Of a stretch of 64,000 nt of DNA, positions 62,334 through 64,000 are shown one piece after another; within the stretch, counting starts at the first letter, position 1, and each line of letters opens with the position of its first letter. The notes beneath the pieces are model-generated. The model had not been told where the DNA came from and did no database searches. It worked only from the letters and a program-made list of their open reading frames with translations. The stretch comes from Ostreococcus lucimarinus (taxonomy: Eukaryota). Where the stretch lies: the NCBI GenBank assembly GCA_000092065.1, contig CP000589.1, one strand, 5' to 3'. A program made the translations under genes and the position numbers.

Positions 62334-63983
62334 TTACATTCGATCAACATAGAAATCATTTTCTTCGTCATACGCGATGACGTTATCAGCAACGCGCGCG
62401 GGATCAACAATCATGGGCCCGCGAGTCATTCCTCGCGCGGTCGCGGACGATCCGGCGTAATCGGCCACGCTGAGTGCCACGCGTTGCAAAATATCCCATT
62501 GCCACGACGACGCATTAGCGCCCGCACCACCAAATAATGTCGCCGCCGGCGACGGTTGCTTAAGCTGGACGCTAAAAATTTCGGCGCCAGCGCTGAGGAG
62601 GTCGAGAAGGACATCGTCAGACGTTTTGAGTTTGTCCACCAAATTTCTCGACAGCGCATCTTTGCCAAACCACGTCTCGCCCGTCGCGACGTTGTCAATG
62701 TCCAAAGTCGGTCTATTTTCGGCGACAAAACCCTTGAAGAGCACCAAAACGTCTTCGATGTCCTTCTTTGACTTTTCCAAGTCTTCCTCGGTGACCTTCT
62801 TCGTGGGCGTCAAGGTTCGCTTGAACTTGCCAGCGGTGACAGTTTGAAATTCGATACCTTCCCGTTGAAGCCGCTCGTAGACATTAGGTTGCTCGCTAAT
62901 GACACCGATAGAACCGAGAACCGCGAACGGAGACGCAACGATTTCGTCGGCCACGCAAGCCATCATGTACCCACCAGAGGCGGCGACTTGCTCGACACAG
63001 ATGGTCAGCTTGAGACCGGCGTCTTTGATTCGCATCAGCTGCGCAGCGGCAAGCCCGTAGCCAGTGACCGTACCGCCACCCGTATTCAACCGCAAAACAA
63101 CTTCATCACCTCGTTCCTTTTTCGCCGAACGTAACAAACCAGTGACTTCTTCACGGAGCTGTTCCGCTTGAGATGCGCGCACGTCGCCAAAAAAGTTCAA
63201 CACAAAGACATGCTTCTTCTTTATCTTCGAGTTTTGGTCCGTTTCCGGGTTCAAAGCGAGCACGTCCGCGTTCATTTGCCAACCAGCAATTTCGCGTGGG
63301 TCAGACAGCAATTTCATGAGACTCTCGCGGCGAGCTTTCGGCAACGCCGCGCCGACGGTTTGCAAGTACGCGTCTTCAGCGGCGGCGCGGTCGGCGGTCA
63401 ATTTGCTGAGCTTCTTGGTCAAACCCGCGAGCTTATCGCCACCAAACGGATTCTTGAATCCACTACTTTTCGTTTCACCGTCCGGCTCGGACTTCTCGGA
63501 ATCTTCGCTCTCGGTGTCGCTCTTTGCGCGCTTTCCGCCAGATTCCAACGACGTCGCCCGCATTTGAGCCAAAAGCTCGTTCATCTGGTCCATCAAACGC
63601 TTGTCCGTCATCGTCCACTTCTTGTTCGCTTCGAGAATGGCATTGCACTCGTCTTCGCTGAGCGATCCGAGGGCGGCGCCGAACTTTTTGCTGAATTCCA
63701 TATTCTTGCGGCGTCGTTCGGCTTGCATTTCGCTCACCGTCGCCGCTTCAAACGACAGCGAATATCCGTCGAGTTTATCATTCATGCGCTTGATCTCCAA
63801 GTAAGGCTCCGTGCGCGGTTTCGCACCCGCGCCCCCTTTGATGAAACCGAAAGGTCCGCTACCCTTCTCGCGGTCCCGTCTCCCTCCGCGTCTCGAAGAA
63901 GCAATCAGAAAAAACGCGCCCGCCGCGACCGTCGCGCTCGGCACCCCCCACGAGATGAGCGTCTTCAGCGTGTACAATCCCAA
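62334..63983 (-). CDS. S49-family serine peptidase (SppA/SohB-like, ClpP/crotonase fold) with an N-terminal membrane anchor.
   Basis: LNTGGGTVTGYGLAAAQLMRIKDAGLKLTICVEQVAASGGYMMACVADEIVASPFAVLGSIGV matches the S49 active-site region. N-terminal hydrophobic segment SATVAAGAFFLIASS. Confidence 0.8.
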   Translation of the reverse strand: MGLYTLKTLISWGVPSATVAAGAFFLIASSRRGGRRDREKGSGPFGFIKGGAGAKPRTEPYLEIKRMNDKLDGYSLSFEAATVSEMQAERRRKNMEFSKKFGAALGSLSEDECNAILEANKKWTMTDKRLMDQMNELLAQMRATSLESGGKRAKSDTESEDSEKSEPDGETKSSGFKNPFGGDKLAGLTKKLSKLTADRAAAEDAYLQTVGAALPKARRESLMKLLSDPREIAGWQMNADVLALNPETDQNSKIKKKHVFVLNFFGDVRASQAEQLREEVTGLLRSAKKERGDEVVLRLNTGGGTVTGYGLAAAQLMRIKDAGLKLTICVEQVAASGGYMMACVADEIVASPFAVLGSIGVISEQPNVYERLQREGIEFQTVTAGKFKRTLTPTKKVTEEDLEKSKKDIEDVLVLFKGFVAENRPTLDIDNVATGETWFGKDALSRNLVDKLKTSDDVLLDLLSAGAEIFSVQLKQPSPAATLFGGAGANASSWQWDILQRVALSVADYAGSSATARGMTRGPMIVDPARVADNVIAYDEENDFYVDRM

Positions 63984-64000
63984 CTCCTTCGCCTCGGGCG

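Noticed and set aside
1-64000. A prokaryotic interpretation (operons, defence systems, CRISPR).
   Set aside because: The window contains spliceosomal GT-AG introns and eukaryote-only proteins (PSMD2, UFD1, BUD31, RFC, DDX46, Cgi121, NDUFA8). Bacterial-type genes (IF-2, IspG, KsgA, SppA) carry long organellar presequences, as expected for nuclear-encoded plastid or mitochondrial proteins. The tandem repeats lack the unique-spacer structure of a CRISPR array.
1-64000. Transposable elements and introner elements.
   Set aside because: There are no RT, transposase or integrase ORFs, and no LTRs or terminal inverted repeats. The two GC-rich introns share only their termini, not their interiors, so an introner assignment is speculative and is recorded as a finding rather than a feature.

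Overview
This 64 kb window reads as eukaryotic nuclear DNA from a very GC-rich, gene-dense, intron-poor genome. By composition and gene content it resembles a Mamiellophyceae picoalga such as Micromonas; the taxon is an inference, not a database result. Several proteins are eukaryote-only (PSMD2/RPN1, UFD1, BUD31, RFC small subunit, DDX46/Prp5, Cgi121, NDUFA8). Several others have organelle-type N-termini (IspG, IF-2, cystathionine gamma-synthase, SppA/SohB, KsgA/Dim1, BASS transporter, STY kinase). There are GT-AG introns, and TGTAA clusters sit just after stop codons, as with green-algal polyadenylation signals.

I recognise about 45 protein-coding genes on both strands, roughly one per 1.4 kb. 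Intergenic spacers are often under 150 bp. Divergent promoter zones and protein low-complexity tracts reach about 75-80 % GC, and there every reading frame on both strands is open. Many ORFs in the six-frame track are therefore antisense or GC artefacts.

I found no rRNA, tRNA, CRISPR array, transposase or RT/integrase ORF, and no prokaryotic operon or defence system. There are five main observations:
- At about 53.5 kb the sequence switches from roughly 65-70 % GC and intron-poor to roughly 50-55 % GC. Immediately past that point a TPR and CS-domain gene is split by six very short (50-71 nt) AT-rich introns. This fits the edge of a low-GC outlier-chromosome region of the kind described in Mamiellales.
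- One gene fuses a MEKHLA domain to a WHEP-TRS domain, a combination I have not seen.
- A low-GC island carries an ENGCPW-type ankyrin-repeat gene.
- The two clear GC-rich introns share terminal and branch-point motifs.
- Several promoter-region tandem repeats occur, including a 73-bp duplication with an internal palindrome.

All coordinates and domain calls come from reading the sequence and the ORF track by eye. No searches were run.
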